Source: Sedimentisphaerales bacterium (GTDB taxonomy: Bacteria; Planctomycetota; Phycisphaerae; Sedimentisphaerales; Anaerobacaceae). From it: a stretch of 64,000 nucleotides of DNA. The notes under the pieces are model-generated. The model was given only the letters and a program-made list of their open reading frames with translations. It did not search any database and was not told the DNA's origin. The DNA lies in NCBI GenBank assembly GCA_040772485.1, contig JAXGYC010000008.1, positions 352,001-416,000 on the forward strand, given 5' to 3'. The stretch's first letter is position 1, and each line of letters begins with the position of its first letter. Below are positions 29,000 to 38,955 of this stretch, piece after piece. A program made the position numbers and the translations under genes.

Positions 29000-30509
29000 A
29001 GCACGCCTCCGAGCTCTTCTCACCTCGGCCTTGACCATAGGGTCTTACGAAGAGAGCACAGGCCGTCAGGCCGAGAACGCAGATCGTGAAGATGATGCCG
29101 TTGGGGGTGCGGCCGGTCCACTCGGCCCAGGGCCACGGGAAACGGAAGAAGGCGTAGTTCAACAGGAAATAGAGCCACGCGCTGAGCAGCAGCGTGCGGC
29201 GTGCGAAGGCGTTTCCCATCGGCCTTTCCGGCACCTGACGTGCGTAGGCGATAGCGATCATCGTCACGACCGCCAGCGGGACAATCAGGTAGACGAGCCA
29301 GCCGACGAGCGGGGCCACAGCCGCCTCCTCGTACACCAGTTGCCGAACGGTCTTGCCGGCGTAGGGAATCAGCATGACCGGGAACACGGCAAAGCAAGGC
29401 CACCAGCGTCCGCCGACGATCGCCACGATGGGAATGATCCCCATGATCAGCCCCAGGTCGTAGAGAAAATCCACGGCGCCAAACGCTCCGCTCAGGATGG
29501 GTCTGCCGAGGCTATCGACCATCGAACGGTCCACAAACTCGACCGAGATCAGCAGGACCAGGTGAATGGCGAGCAGGACCCACTCCACGGACAAAGGGAG
29601 GGTGACATCGGTTGCGGCACGGTCCAGTTGAATCCGCTTTCGGTTGAGCCACAGGCCGCAGCCCAGCAGCGCGCCCATGACCGCGCCGAAGGTGGTCTCC
29701 ATCATGTTCCACCAGTTAATGGCGATCCCTTCGAGAAAGGTGCCACGCAGAAAGTCGGGATTCCAGGCGTGATAAGCCTGGAGGCTCTGTCCGAGCGGGA
29801 AGCCCAGCGCGCCGCCCAACAGCCCCCACCACACCAGACGCCGCGCCAGCCCGTCTTTACGCCAGTAACCGACATAGGCAACCAAGACCGCCAGTGCTGC
29901 CAATAAGCCACCCCAGCATTCCGGGCGGGGCTTCAGCACCCTGTCCGGCTGCCAATGCCAGTCCGCGGAGAAGTAGAGCGCCGGCAGCACTCTGTGAGCC
30001 GGGTCGAAGGGCGAGTTGATCAGGGCCACACCGGTGAAGTAGGCCATGACCAGCGCCAGCATGAGCACCAGCATCTCCAGCGGGCGATACCGCGTGCCGC
30101 CCAGCCCCATCCCCAGAAACGCGCCCGCGAAGCCGATCCACAGGCCGCCCTTGATCGCCAGGCCCAGCATGCCCCAGCCCAGCGCGGCCCAGTTGCCGAC
30201 CAGTTCCGGATCGTGCGTCAGGCCGACGGTCTGGCCGTAGGTCATGGAACCGCCGAATCCCATGGCGATGGTCCCCAAGGCCACCGCCCGCGCGGCGCCG
30301 AGCAGCGAAGCCCTCGGACAGAGCAGGGTCACCAGGGTCAGACTGACCAGCAGCCCGGCGAGCATCGCCCCGGTCTCGTGCCCGTACTGCCCCCGAATCC
30401 CCCACGCCATCCCCCCGGCCATCGCCCCAAACACCACCGCCGCAAACCAGCCTGTTGGCTCGCGTCTGTCGTGACCTAACGAATCATTCATTGAACCGGG
30501 ATCTGCCAT
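28992..30509 (-). CDS. Multi-pass membrane protein of unknown function
   Basis: About 12-13 hydrophobic segments; conserved-looking WGIRGQYGHETGA, FGGSMTYGQT, NWWNMMETTFG. Confidence 0.8.
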   Translation of the reverse strand: MADPGSMNDSLGHDRREPTGWFAAVVFGAMAGGMAWGIRGQYGHETGAMLAGLLVSLTLVTLLCPRASLLGAARAVALGTIAMGFGGSMTYGQTVGLTHDPELVGNWAALGWGMLGLAIKGGLWIGFAGAFLGMGLGGTRYRPLEMLVLMLALVMAYFTGVALINSPFDPAHRVLPALYFSADWHWQPDRVLKPRPECWGGLLAALAVLVAYVGYWRKDGLARRLVWWGLLGGALGFPLGQSLQAYHAWNPDFLRGTFLEGIAINWWNMMETTFGAVMGALLGCGLWLNRKRIQLDRAATDVTLPLSVEWVLLAIHLVLLISVEFVDRSMVDSLGRPILSGAFGAVDFLYDLGLIMGIIPIVAIVGGRWWPCFAVFPVMLIPYAGKTVRQLVYEEAAVAPLVGWLVYLIVPLAVVTMIAIAYARQVPERPMGNAFARRTLLLSAWLYFLLNYAFFRFPWPWAEWTGRTPNGIIFTICVLGLTACALFVRPYGQGRGEKSSEACYG

Positions 30510-30741
30510 CTAACCCTACAATCGGCACTCCGCCCGTCACACCGCCAACAATACCACCATCGGGCCTCAAGGGATGAGCAAGAGATGCGGCAGTACCTCG
30601 ACATTCTCTCGCCTACAGCAACGATTCTCGCTCATCCACGATACGGATTTGGCCGATACTACCATGTGTGCGGCGAGTAGCCCTGCGTCCGATTCATAGA
30701 CTCATAAGAGTGTGTCTTGATACGATCCTTGAGGCCGATAA

Positions 30742-31323
30742 ATGAAGCCATACGATCCGCTTGACTACGAGAACCTGGCACGCAGCGTCGTCCAAACGCT
30801 GCTTGAAGGTCCGGAGAAACCGCTGCCCCCGGAGGAGTCATTCGAGGGATCCGGTGTATACGCCATTTACTACCACGGCGATTTCCCGCCCTATTCGAGG
30901 CTTGTGCAGGCAAACCCCGTCCCGCCCATCTACGTGGGAAGAGCGGACCCCGAAGGTGCTCGTAAAGGCGGAGGCGAAGCTCCGGGTGGGCGAAAACTCT
31001 GCCAGCGGCTTAGACAGCACAGCAAGAGCATCGAACAAACACAGAATCTCGATGTGCAGGATTTTACGTGCCGGTATCTTGTTCTCGTCCCCGTATGGGT
31101 CACGCTCGCCGAGCGGTTTCTCGTGGAACACCATCAACCCATCTGGAACGTCGCCATTGATGGATTTGGAAACCACACTCCAGGGCGCACCAGGGAAGCA
31201 ATGAAACGTCCGTTCTGGGATATTCTTCATCCGGGTCGACCGTGGGCGGCAAAGCTGACTGCGAGGGAGTCTGTTGAAGATGTTCTTGAGAAGCTGAACG
31301 CCTTTCTTGACAGAAACGCGTAG
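30742..31323 (+). CDS. Eco29kI-family (GIY-YIG) restriction endonuclease
   Basis: GVYAIYY..PIYVG, RLRQH..SI, LAE, P.WN..IDGFGNH.PG..R, WD.LHPGR.WA. Confidence 0.88.
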   Translation: MKPYDPLDYENLARSVVQTLLEGPEKPLPPEESFEGSGVYAIYYHGDFPPYSRLVQANPVPPIYVGRADPEGARKGGGEAPGGRKLCQRLRQHSKSIEQTQNLDVQDFTCRYLVLVPVWVTLAERFLVEHHQPIWNVAIDGFGNHTPGRTREAMKRPFWDILHPGRPWAAKLTARESVEDVLEKLNAFLDRNA

Positions 31324-31344
31324 GTCTGCCCTCCGGAGAGCTCG

Positions 31345-33066
31345 CTATTCGGGAGCCCTCAACTCCACGGCGGTCTCGTGAAGCTCGACGCGTTGCGTCA
31401 TCACCCCGGCGCGCACCGATGAATCGACAATGCTCGAACCGGTGCGTTTCTTTCGCACACGGTGCATTTCCTCAAGCGCGAAACCATGCAGTCCCGCAAT
31501 CTCTGCGAGGAACCGGTCCGTCTCGATGTGGATGCCCTGGACGATGTTGTTGCCGATCACAACCACAACGAGGCCATCGGCCTTCATCACGCGGCGAGTC
31601 ACTTCGAAGAACCGATGGCAGTCGTTGAAGTACTTGGCGGCGTAGTTGGCCCATCCGGCACCGCCATAGACGCCCTTCTCCGGATGGCGAGAACGAACGG
31701 CATCCAGGACATCGCGCAATTCCGGAAGATTGAAACTCAACTCGATCGGAGGACCGCTTCGCACGGTCTGCCAGAAGCAGCCGAAATTGTCGTCTTCAAG
31801 CTGCTTGAGCTGCCCGTTCCCCTCCGTCAAACCCAGCCAGTGAAGCTGAGGACGGGTGTTGCGAACGTAGTGGTAGTTGTTGAGATACGGCGGGGACGTC
31901 ACAAGCACGTCAATGCTCGCCGCAGGAAGAACGTCGGCGCCCTGGAGGTATGAGCATTCACACACCTTCGCCTGGGGCCGATGCCGGAACGACTTCATAT
32001 GCCGTTGGAAGAACCGGATGTCGGCCTCGATCTCCCTGAGCTTGTCGCGAAAGACTCCGAACACATCCGCGTGTTCTACGAGCGGTCTTCCAGCCGCAGC
32101 GCGGGTGCTCAGACTGGGCTCGTAAGAGTAGTTGGAGAAGCCGACCATAACGGCCCCCAGAGCTACCTTCAGGGCTTTCTTGACGAATGCGTTCTTCTGT
32201 TCGCTGATGAAGTCCTGAAGCAGGAGAACATCGCGCTCCACCGCCGGACTGAAGAATGGCACTCTGCTCTTGAAGCCACTCGGGGGCTTCGATTCCGGCT
32301 GCCTTTCTCTGTCCGGTCCCCCGTGCGCAAGGCTCTCAAGGCGGCTCACAACCTCGGTGAGCGGTTTCACGCTGTGCCGAATGCAGGACACCTTCAGGTC
32401 GGACGCCAGAACGGCATAGGGATTGATGTCAAATCCGATAACGTTGCAGCCTCGCATCAAGCCTTCGACCAGCGTGGTGCCAACTCCGGCAAAGGGGTCA
32501 AGGACGGTGACCAAACTTGGATCGCCACGGACCGCACTGTGGAACACTTCTTCCACAAAGGCCCCGGAGAACCCGGCGATCCATGGGACCCAGCGATGCA
32601 AAGGTTCGTTTCGATTCTTGATGAAGGCGGTATCACCAAAACCTGACTTGCCCTCGCCGGCCCCGTTCGCAGCGCCCGCCTGGGTCGGTTTGAGATCGGA
32701 GCACCCTATGGTCCTACCCCCTGACGGATAGACTCTGTAGCGGAACCGGTCGAGGCGTTCGATGGCAACGATGCTTCCCTCGTGTAGGTCGTGATGCTGG
32801 AAGAATCGAGCGACCCAGGCCCGTTTTCGGAAGAAGCTTCTCGGGCTGCCGTTGCCGCTGCTTCGAGCAATATCGGTTTGCACGGGCTCCGCCAGCCCGT
32901 CCACGATCAGCGTAAGCGGTTGGCCGGTCCCCTTTTGCGCGCTGGATGCCCCAAAGCATTCCTCCGGGAAGAAGTCGTGGTAGCCGGTGATGTAGAGGTG
33001 GTGGTTCCGGAGGTTGCCGCCGGTAAGCGCGATAAGTCTTTTACTGTTGCCGGATTCAACACTCAA
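31345..33066 (-). CDS. Amino (probably N4-cytosine) DNA methyltransferase with extra N-terminal domain
   Basis: Motif X-like HRWVPWIAGF, motif I DPFAGVGTT before motif IV TSPPY (alpha order); promoter TTGAAT-16-TATAAT at 33130-33103. Confidence 0.85.
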   Translation of the reverse strand: MSVESGNSKRLIALTGGNLRNHHLYITGYHDFFPEECFGASSAQKGTGQPLTLIVDGLAEPVQTDIARSSGNGSPRSFFRKRAWVARFFQHHDLHEGSIVAIERLDRFRYRVYPSGGRTIGCSDLKPTQAGAANGAGEGKSGFGDTAFIKNRNEPLHRWVPWIAGFSGAFVEEVFHSAVRGDPSLVTVLDPFAGVGTTLVEGLMRGCNVIGFDINPYAVLASDLKVSCIRHSVKPLTEVVSRLESLAHGGPDRERQPESKPPSGFKSRVPFFSPAVERDVLLLQDFISEQKNAFVKKALKVALGAVMVGFSNYSYEPSLSTRAAAGRPLVEHADVFGVFRDKLREIEADIRFFQRHMKSFRHRPQAKVCECSYLQGADVLPAASIDVLVTSPPYLNNYHYVRNTRPQLHWLGLTEGNGQLKQLEDDNFGCFWQTVRSGPPIELSFNLPELRDVLDAVRSRHPEKGVYGGAGWANYAAKYFNDCHRFFEVTRRVMKADGLVVVVIGNNIVQGIHIETDRFLAEIAGLHGFALEEMHRVRKKRTGSSIVDSSVRAGVMTQRVELHETAVELRAPE

Positions 33067-33499
33067 TCGTGAGTCCCTTCACCCGAAATTGGCTTTGCAG
33101 AGATTATATCCGATCCCGGGACGAATTCAACGCGCAATGGACCACCGCACAGCGGAACGGGCGGAGCATCGATACTCGTGAACGAAACTCAGGACGAACA
33201 CGTCGCAAGACAGGCCCGACAGGACCTCATATGCGAATATACCCTACCTGTTTATAGCTGTCTTGGGGCGACAGATTTCGTACCAAACACGCAACACCCA
33301 AACGACAAAACGCGCGTGACATGCAGATTTTTTTTATTCGTTGGTCGGGCGGGACTTACGGCGGTCGCGGGCTCGAAAACGGGCGATTTTTTCGTACCAA
33401 ACGTGCAACACCGCCCAATTGTAGAGGCGGGCCTCAGTCGCCGGCCCGCCTGGACGTGATGAGACTTTTGACTGGCGGCAATGCATGAAAGGAAGCGAC

Positions 33500-34276
33500 A
33501 TGGCGGACAGCACGAAACCGCGAACGCGACGCCAGCGACAGAGGCGAGACGAAAGGCCGCAATGCAGGGGTAAGTGCGCAGACTGCGTGTACCTGCTGGA
33601 GCCGAAGCGCCTGGTGGACTTCCACGAGGGGCCGGGCGGGCCGTTGATCCTGCCCATCTGCGCGCACCACGCCGAAAGCCCCGGCGAGCTGCGCGAGGTG
33701 CACCCGGCCCAGTGCTGCGCCAACTTCCGCGCGAGGCGCAAGCCGCCCGAGCGGGTCGAAGTCCAGCAGGACGAGCAGAGCGATGCGCGCTTCATCCCGC
33801 TGACGCTGCGAATGGTGGCGATCATCGACGCCGCCGACTACGAATGGCTCAGTCAGTACCGATGGTTCGCCAAGGGCATGGACGGCAAGTACTACGCCGG
33901 ACGCGCTGAACGGGGCGAGATGATCATGATGCACCGGGAGATCATGAAGCCACCGCCCGGCATGGTGGTCGATCACATCGACGGCAACTCCCTCAACAAC
34001 CGGCGCAGCAACCTGCGGATCTGCACGCCGGGACAGAACAATCACAACCGGCAATTCAAGGGCAACTGGTCGGGCTTCGCAGGGGTCTACCCCTATGGCA
34101 AGCGATGGAAGGCCCTTATCGCGCACAAAGGCGAGCAGATCATGATCGGTGCCTTCGACGATAAGGTCGAGGCGGCCCATGCCCGCGATCGCAAGGCCCG
34201 CGAACTGTACGGCGAGTTCGCCTGCCTGAACTTCCCGGAAGACAAATCAGGAATCAAAGAGCAAACAGCAGAATGA
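33500..34276 (+). CDS. HNH endonuclease-AP2 domain protein with Cys-rich N-terminus
   Basis: MHREIM..P.GMVVDHIDGNSLNNRRSNLR (HNH_3); GVY...RWKA.I.....IG.F....AAHARD..A..LYGEFA.LNFP (AP2); AAAGGA RBS. Confidence 0.88.
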   Translation: MADSTKPRTRRQRQRRDERPQCRGKCADCVYLLEPKRLVDFHEGPGGPLILPICAHHAESPGELREVHPAQCCANFRARRKPPERVEVQQDEQSDARFIPLTLRMVAIIDAADYEWLSQYRWFAKGMDGKYYAGRAERGEMIMMHREIMKPPPGMVVDHIDGNSLNNRRSNLRICTPGQNNHNRQFKGNWSGFAGVYPYGKRWKALIAHKGEQIMIGAFDDKVEAAHARDRKARELYGEFACLNFPEDKSGIKEQTAE

Positions 34277-34672
34277 CAGAGCAAAGGGCAAACAGGCTGG
34301 AGGCGGTAGGCTGTAGACCGCAGGGACACATGCCAACGGGTGGCAGCCTCAAGCCGAAGTGTAACGGAGGCTTGGGGATGGCGAGCGAGGGACGCTTGCG
34401 TTTGACACAGGACATGGGCGCGCAACGTCTCTGGCCAGATGCTTCGACTTCGCTCAGCATGACAAAAGAGGGAAGGAGCGCTCGAGGTGACAAAGGGGGC
34501 AGTGCCCCGCTCGGGGTGACAACGAAGGAAGACATTGCGAGGCTTTACCCCAATACGCAATACGCACGACGAATGCGCGGGTGGCAGCCTCAAGCGAAGC
34601 TTGGGGACGGCGAGCGACGCAATACGCACGACGCAACCCGCATAACGCACGACGAGCGACGAGCGACGCGCT
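34244..34672. repeat. Composite repeat tract (7-mer runs, family A x2, family D)
   Basis: AGCAAAC/AGGCTGT-type heptamers, GTGGCAGCCTCAAG units, ATGACA units, CAATACG/CACGACG heptamers. Confidence 0.8.
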
Positions 34673-34719
34673 CCGCTTTTTGCTGTCGAAAACGGGCTTT
34701 CGGGCTTAGAATGGCGGGC

Positions 34720-35775
34720 ATGATGGACAGGGCGGTTTACCGGATTATCGATGCGAATTTCAACCGGGCCCGCGAGGCGTTGCGGGTGATGGAGGAGTAC
34801 TGCCGGTTCGCGGTCAACAACGGCACGCTGAGCGGCCGGGCCAAGCAACTGCGGCACGAGCTTTGTGCGGCCATCGGACAACTGGAGCTGGGCAAGCTGC
34901 TGGCAGGACGCGACACGCTGGGCGACGTCGGCGTCGGACAGCAGGTGGAGAACCAGCTCCAGCGCGCCACGGCGGCCGAGGCGTTCACTGCGGGCGCCCG
35001 GCGTCTGACCGAGGCGCTGCGGGCGCTGGCCGAGATGGCGCAGGCCGAGAGCAAGCCGGTCGCGACGGCCATTGAGCGGCTTCGCTACCAAGCGTACACG
35101 CTGGAGAAGGACGTGGTGCTGTTCGCACAGCCGGTGGAGAAGTTCAATCGGGTACGGCTGTATGCGATTGTCACGAGCGACCTGCCGACCGAGATCCTCT
35201 CGCTGGCCAGCCGCTGCGCCGCCGGCGGGGCAGACTGCATCCAGTTGCGGGCCAAGGACATGCCCGACGAGCGGCTGTTCGCGGTGGCGGTCGAGTTCGT
35301 GGACATCTGCCGGGACTTCGGGGCGTTGAGCATCATCAACGACCGCGTCGACATCGCCTGCGCCGCGGGCGCCGACGGCGTACACCTGGGCCAGGGCGAT
35401 CTGCCGGTGGAGCAGGCCCGGCGGCTGCAACTGAGCCCGCTGATCATCGGCAAGAGCACGCACGACCAGAACGAGCTCGAACGGGCGGTCGACTCGCTGC
35501 CGAGCTATGTGAGTCTGGGTCCGGCCTTCCCGACGACGACGAAGCCGAAGATCGAGATCGCGGGGCTGGACTACATCCAACACGGGCTGGAACGGCTCGC
35601 CGAGACGGGCGTCAGCCACGTCGCCATCGGCGGGATCACGCACGAGAACGTCGAGCAGGTGCTCCGAGCCGGGGCGCAGCGCGTTGCCGTCGGCGCCGAC
35701 GTGACCGAGGCGCCGAACCCGGGCGATGCGTGCCGCCGGCTCAAGGACAAGATCGCTGAGTCTCTGGCAGAGTGA
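34720..35775 (+). CDS. thiE: Thiamine-phosphate synthase with N-terminal helical extension
   Basis: RIIDANFNRAREALRV.EE N-domain; QLRAK, INDR, GVHLGQGD, STH, PTTTK, AIGGI. Confidence 0.92.
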   Translation: MMDRAVYRIIDANFNRAREALRVMEEYCRFAVNNGTLSGRAKQLRHELCAAIGQLELGKLLAGRDTLGDVGVGQQVENQLQRATAAEAFTAGARRLTEALRALAEMAQAESKPVATAIERLRYQAYTLEKDVVLFAQPVEKFNRVRLYAIVTSDLPTEILSLASRCAAGGADCIQLRAKDMPDERLFAVAVEFVDICRDFGALSIINDRVDIACAAGADGVHLGQGDLPVEQARRLQLSPLIIGKSTHDQNELERAVDSLPSYVSLGPAFPTTTKPKIEIAGLDYIQHGLERLAETGVSHVAIGGITHENVEQVLRAGAQRVAVGADVTEAPNPGDACRRLKDKIAESLAE

Positions 35776-35803
35776 TTTCCAACAGCGAAGGTGAGGTGAG
35801 CAG

Positions 35804-37411
35804 ATGATTGAAGCGAGATCCATCCGATGTCTCATCGCGGCGGCTCTTCTGATCGGCGGCTGGTCTGCCGTCGCAAGCGCCGAGGACCTCTGGGAACTGG
35901 CCAACCGGAACAAGGACGTGCTGCGGATCGCGACGCTGTTCACCGCGCAGGACGTGCGCGACAAGCTCTCGACGGACGAGGGGATCGACAGCGCGATGGA
36001 CTGGTGCCGCAAGACGGGCGTGACGCACGCGTTCATCGAGTCGTTTCGCGACGGCTACACCGCCGAACGCAAAACGCTCGAGCACGCGCGGGACCGTTTT
36101 GTCGAAAGCGGCTTCGACGTCTCCGGCTGTGTCACGCCGACCGGCTTCGGCAAGACCTCCACGGGCTGGCGCGTCGTCTCGTGCTACACGAACGCGGACA
36201 CGCAGCAGCGGATTCACGAGATCTTCGAGTACGCCGCGTCGATCTTCGACGAGATCATGATCGACGACTTTCTCTTCACCGACTGCGAGTGCGAGGAATG
36301 CCAGGCCGCTCGCGGCACGCAGGCGTGGGACGAGTACCGCTGCGACCTGATGGTCCGCGTCAGCCGCGACCGCATCCTCGCCCCCGCCCGCGCCGTCAAC
36401 CCCAACGTCAAAGTCATCCTCAAGCTCCCACAATGGTACAGCGCGTTCCATGAGCGGGGGTACGAGGTGGTGCGGCAGACGGCAGATTACGACCGGATCT
36501 GGGTGGGGACGGAGACGCGGGACTACGACGACCCGCAGTGGGGCGGCAAGGTCCAATACGAGGCGTACTTCATCATGCGGTGGCTGGGCGAGATCGGCGG
36601 GGCCAAGTGCGGCGGCGGCTGGTTCGACCCGTACGGCACGCACGAGGACACCTACGTCGAGCAGGCCCGCCAGACCGTGCTGGCCGACGCGAAGGAGATG
36701 CTGCTGTTCTGCTACGGCTCGCTGCTGGGCAACACCGGCCCGGCCAACGTCGCACGGCTGCGCACCGAAATCCCGCACCTGTTCGAACTGGCCTCGCTGG
36801 TGCGCGGCAAGCCCCTGCGAGGGATCGCGGCGCCCAAACCGCCCAACAGCAAGCCACGAGGCGAAGCCTACGTCTACGACTTCGTCGGCATGCTCGGCCT
36901 GCCCCTGGCGCCCACCGCGACGATCCGTGACGACGCGAAAGCCGCCTTCCTGCCCATCCAGGCGATGAAGGACCCGCAGCTCTGGCCCAAGCTGCGCCGC
37001 CTGCTCGATTCCGGCGCGCCCGTGCTCGTCACCGACGGCCTGGCCGAGCGATTCACCGCGAGCCAATCCTACGACAATCTGCTCACGCTCAAGATCGGCG
37101 GCGACCCCAAAAGCCTGCTGCAACTGTCGCGCGAGGAACTGGCGCCGATCCGCGACAAGCTGCTGGCGCCCTTCGGGATCAGGTTCGACGCGCCGAATAA
37201 GGTGGCCCTGTACCTGATCGGCGACCGCTGCGTCGTGATCGAGAACTTCAACGACCAGTCGATCGACGCGACGCTGCAATTCGCTCAGCCCATCGACGCC
37301 AAGGCCGCCGTGGTCCTGCCGCTCGACGCCGACGTGAATTTCTCGTGCGACGCCGGCAAGATCGTATTCACCGCGATCGACCCGCGCACCCTCGTCGCGC
37401 TGACCTATTAG
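35804..37411 (+). CDS. Secreted putative glycoside-hydrolase-like TIM-barrel protein
   Basis: Signal peptide (AVASA|E); IMIDDFLFTDCECEECQ; family not identified. Confidence 0.6.
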   Translation: MIEARSIRCLIAAALLIGGWSAVASAEDLWELANRNKDVLRIATLFTAQDVRDKLSTDEGIDSAMDWCRKTGVTHAFIESFRDGYTAERKTLEHARDRFVESGFDVSGCVTPTGFGKTSTGWRVVSCYTNADTQQRIHEIFEYAASIFDEIMIDDFLFTDCECEECQAARGTQAWDEYRCDLMVRVSRDRILAPARAVNPNVKVILKLPQWYSAFHERGYEVVRQTADYDRIWVGTETRDYDDPQWGGKVQYEAYFIMRWLGEIGGAKCGGGWFDPYGTHEDTYVEQARQTVLADAKEMLLFCYGSLLGNTGPANVARLRTEIPHLFELASLVRGKPLRGIAAPKPPNSKPRGEAYVYDFVGMLGLPLAPTATIRDDAKAAFLPIQAMKDPQLWPKLRRLLDSGAPVLVTDGLAERFTASQSYDNLLTLKIGGDPKSLLQLSREELAPIRDKLLAPFGIRFDAPNKVALYLIGDRCVVIENFNDQSIDATLQFAQPIDAKAAVVLPLDADVNFSCDAGKIVFTAIDPRTLVALTY

Positions 37412-37528
37412 AACGACTGAACCCGGGACTTCCGGCCGCAGTACCTTCTCGACGTGGGCCGCAGGCCTTCGTGCCCGCTCGGGCGGGCCGTGCGGCAACG
37501 GACGTGTTCATTGCACAAGGGAGAAATC

Positions 37529-37786
37529 ATGAACGCAAGGCAGATCCTTTTCTTCGACTCGATGCTAACCCCGAAGATCATCAACTTCGTGTACTGGCTG
37601 GCGTTGCTCGGCGTAGTGGTCTCCGGCCTGGCCTCCATGTTCGCCGGCGGCCTGACCTTCGCCACGTTCCTGATGGGCCTGTTCATCATCGTCGGCGGCG
37701 CCGTCGCCGCCCGAATCTGGTGCGAGTTGCTCATCGTCCTGTTCAAGATCCACGAGAACATCCACAGGCTCGCCGAGAAGGCCTGA
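37529..37786 (+). CDS. DUF4282-family membrane protein
   Basis: FFDSMLTPKII..VYW...RIWCE.LIVLFKI. Confidence 0.85.
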   Translation: MNARQILFFDSMLTPKIINFVYWLALLGVVVSGLASMFAGGLTFATFLMGLFIIVGGAVAARIWCELLIVLFKIHENIHRLAEKA

Positions 37787-37915
37787 GACGGATATCGATG
37801 GCAGGGTAGTCTTTGCGCATGGCGAACGGGGCGCCCGGCCTAGCGAGTCTGGCGGTGTCGCGACGTCGTGTTCTGCGAGGGTGGTGCTGTTGCCGGACGT
37901 TGGGAGAGACAAGAC

Positions 37916-38587
37916 ATGAAATACAGGAGTATCGTGTGCGGCGTGGTTTACGTGCTCTGCCTTCTGGCAGACCCCGTCATCCGATATACCGGCGGTCGCG
38001 CGTGTGTGCCCTTGTGGGTGCCACCTCTCTTGCCGGCCCAGGTTGTACCTGATGTGATCGGGTTCGTGGCTGCTGCTTTCCTCTTGGGCGCGGTTGTCCG
38101 GTCGCTCATCGCGCGCACAGACCGGCGCTGGACGCTCGGCGTACTTGCGGTCGTGATCGCAGCGACAGGGGCTTTGTGGTTCAGCATTCCGCGTTGGCCC
38201 GTATTCCTTTACGGCCTCCGGGACCGCTTCGTCAGCAAGGTCGGGTACACGCAGATGCGACACTTTGCTGAGGAGATGTCTCAGAACCACCCTCTGGTGA
38301 ACGCCGAGGGAATTCTGGCTCGCCCGGAGGAACGCAAGGCTGCGTCGCGCGAACAGACCGAGCAATGGAACGATCTGGTCTCGCGGTATCCCTTCCTCAC
38401 GTGGAACGACGGACCGGGCCATGTTATCGCGCGCGGCGGCCTGGTCGAGCTGACGTGGGGCTCGCCCCTGGTGGGCCATTGGGGATTCCAGGTAGCGCCC
38501 GGCGGCGAAGTCACCGACCTCGATCCGGAACGCGCCTGGTTCCTGCGCGTCGCCAAGGACCTCCAGTTCGTCAACTACTTCGACTGA
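37916..38587 (+). CDS. Hypothetical membrane protein
   Basis: Three N-terminal hydrophobic segments; GGGAG RBS. Confidence 0.65.
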   Translation: MKYRSIVCGVVYVLCLLADPVIRYTGGRACVPLWVPPLLPAQVVPDVIGFVAAAFLLGAVVRSLIARTDRRWTLGVLAVVIAATGALWFSIPRWPVFLYGLRDRFVSKVGYTQMRHFAEEMSQNHPLVNAEGILARPEERKAASREQTEQWNDLVSRYPFLTWNDGPGHVIARGGLVELTWGSPLVGHWGFQVAPGGEVTDLDPERAWFLRVAKDLQFVNYFD

Positions 38588-38955
38588 ACCGCGCGCACGA
38601 CCAGTCCACCTGCGATTCGCACGTAAGGGTCGCGGCACGTGACGGCTCCAGGTTCGCTCGACAAGTCGCACGGGATAGGTCCATAGCCGGAACGTCGTCT
38701 CAGCAGCGGAAGGCAGAGGGCTCCCCAAACACAAGAATGCGTCGAAACACACGAATCTTGACGGAACAGAATGAGCGCCCTGCGCATCTGGCCGGTTGTG
38801 TCAGCGGGTGCGTCCGGCCGGGTCGACCCTGTCGATCCTGATATACATCGGGACGGAAGCGATCCGGGCGCCGGACGAATGAGACGAGACGGACACTGGA
38901 GCGGAGACCGAAGATGACAGACGAAGAAGGCGGGACACAAGAGAACCGCAAGCCG

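Noticed and set aside
26144..29000. Integron cassette array (run of small same-strand hypothetical genes)
   Set aside because: No attC-like RYYYAAC...GTTRRRY palindromes between genes and no integrase
30559..30739. Inverted repeat ATCG(G)GCCTCAAGG / CCTTGAGGCCGAT as C-protein box or element ends of the RM cassette
   Set aside because: Resembles a decayed family A REP core (GCCTCAAG); no C-protein gene and no matching end beyond the cassette
34273..34719. 149-aa N-terminal extension of ThiE in the ORF track
   Set aside because: It is translated repeat DNA; a -10 box and ATG at 34720 match the homologous N-terminus
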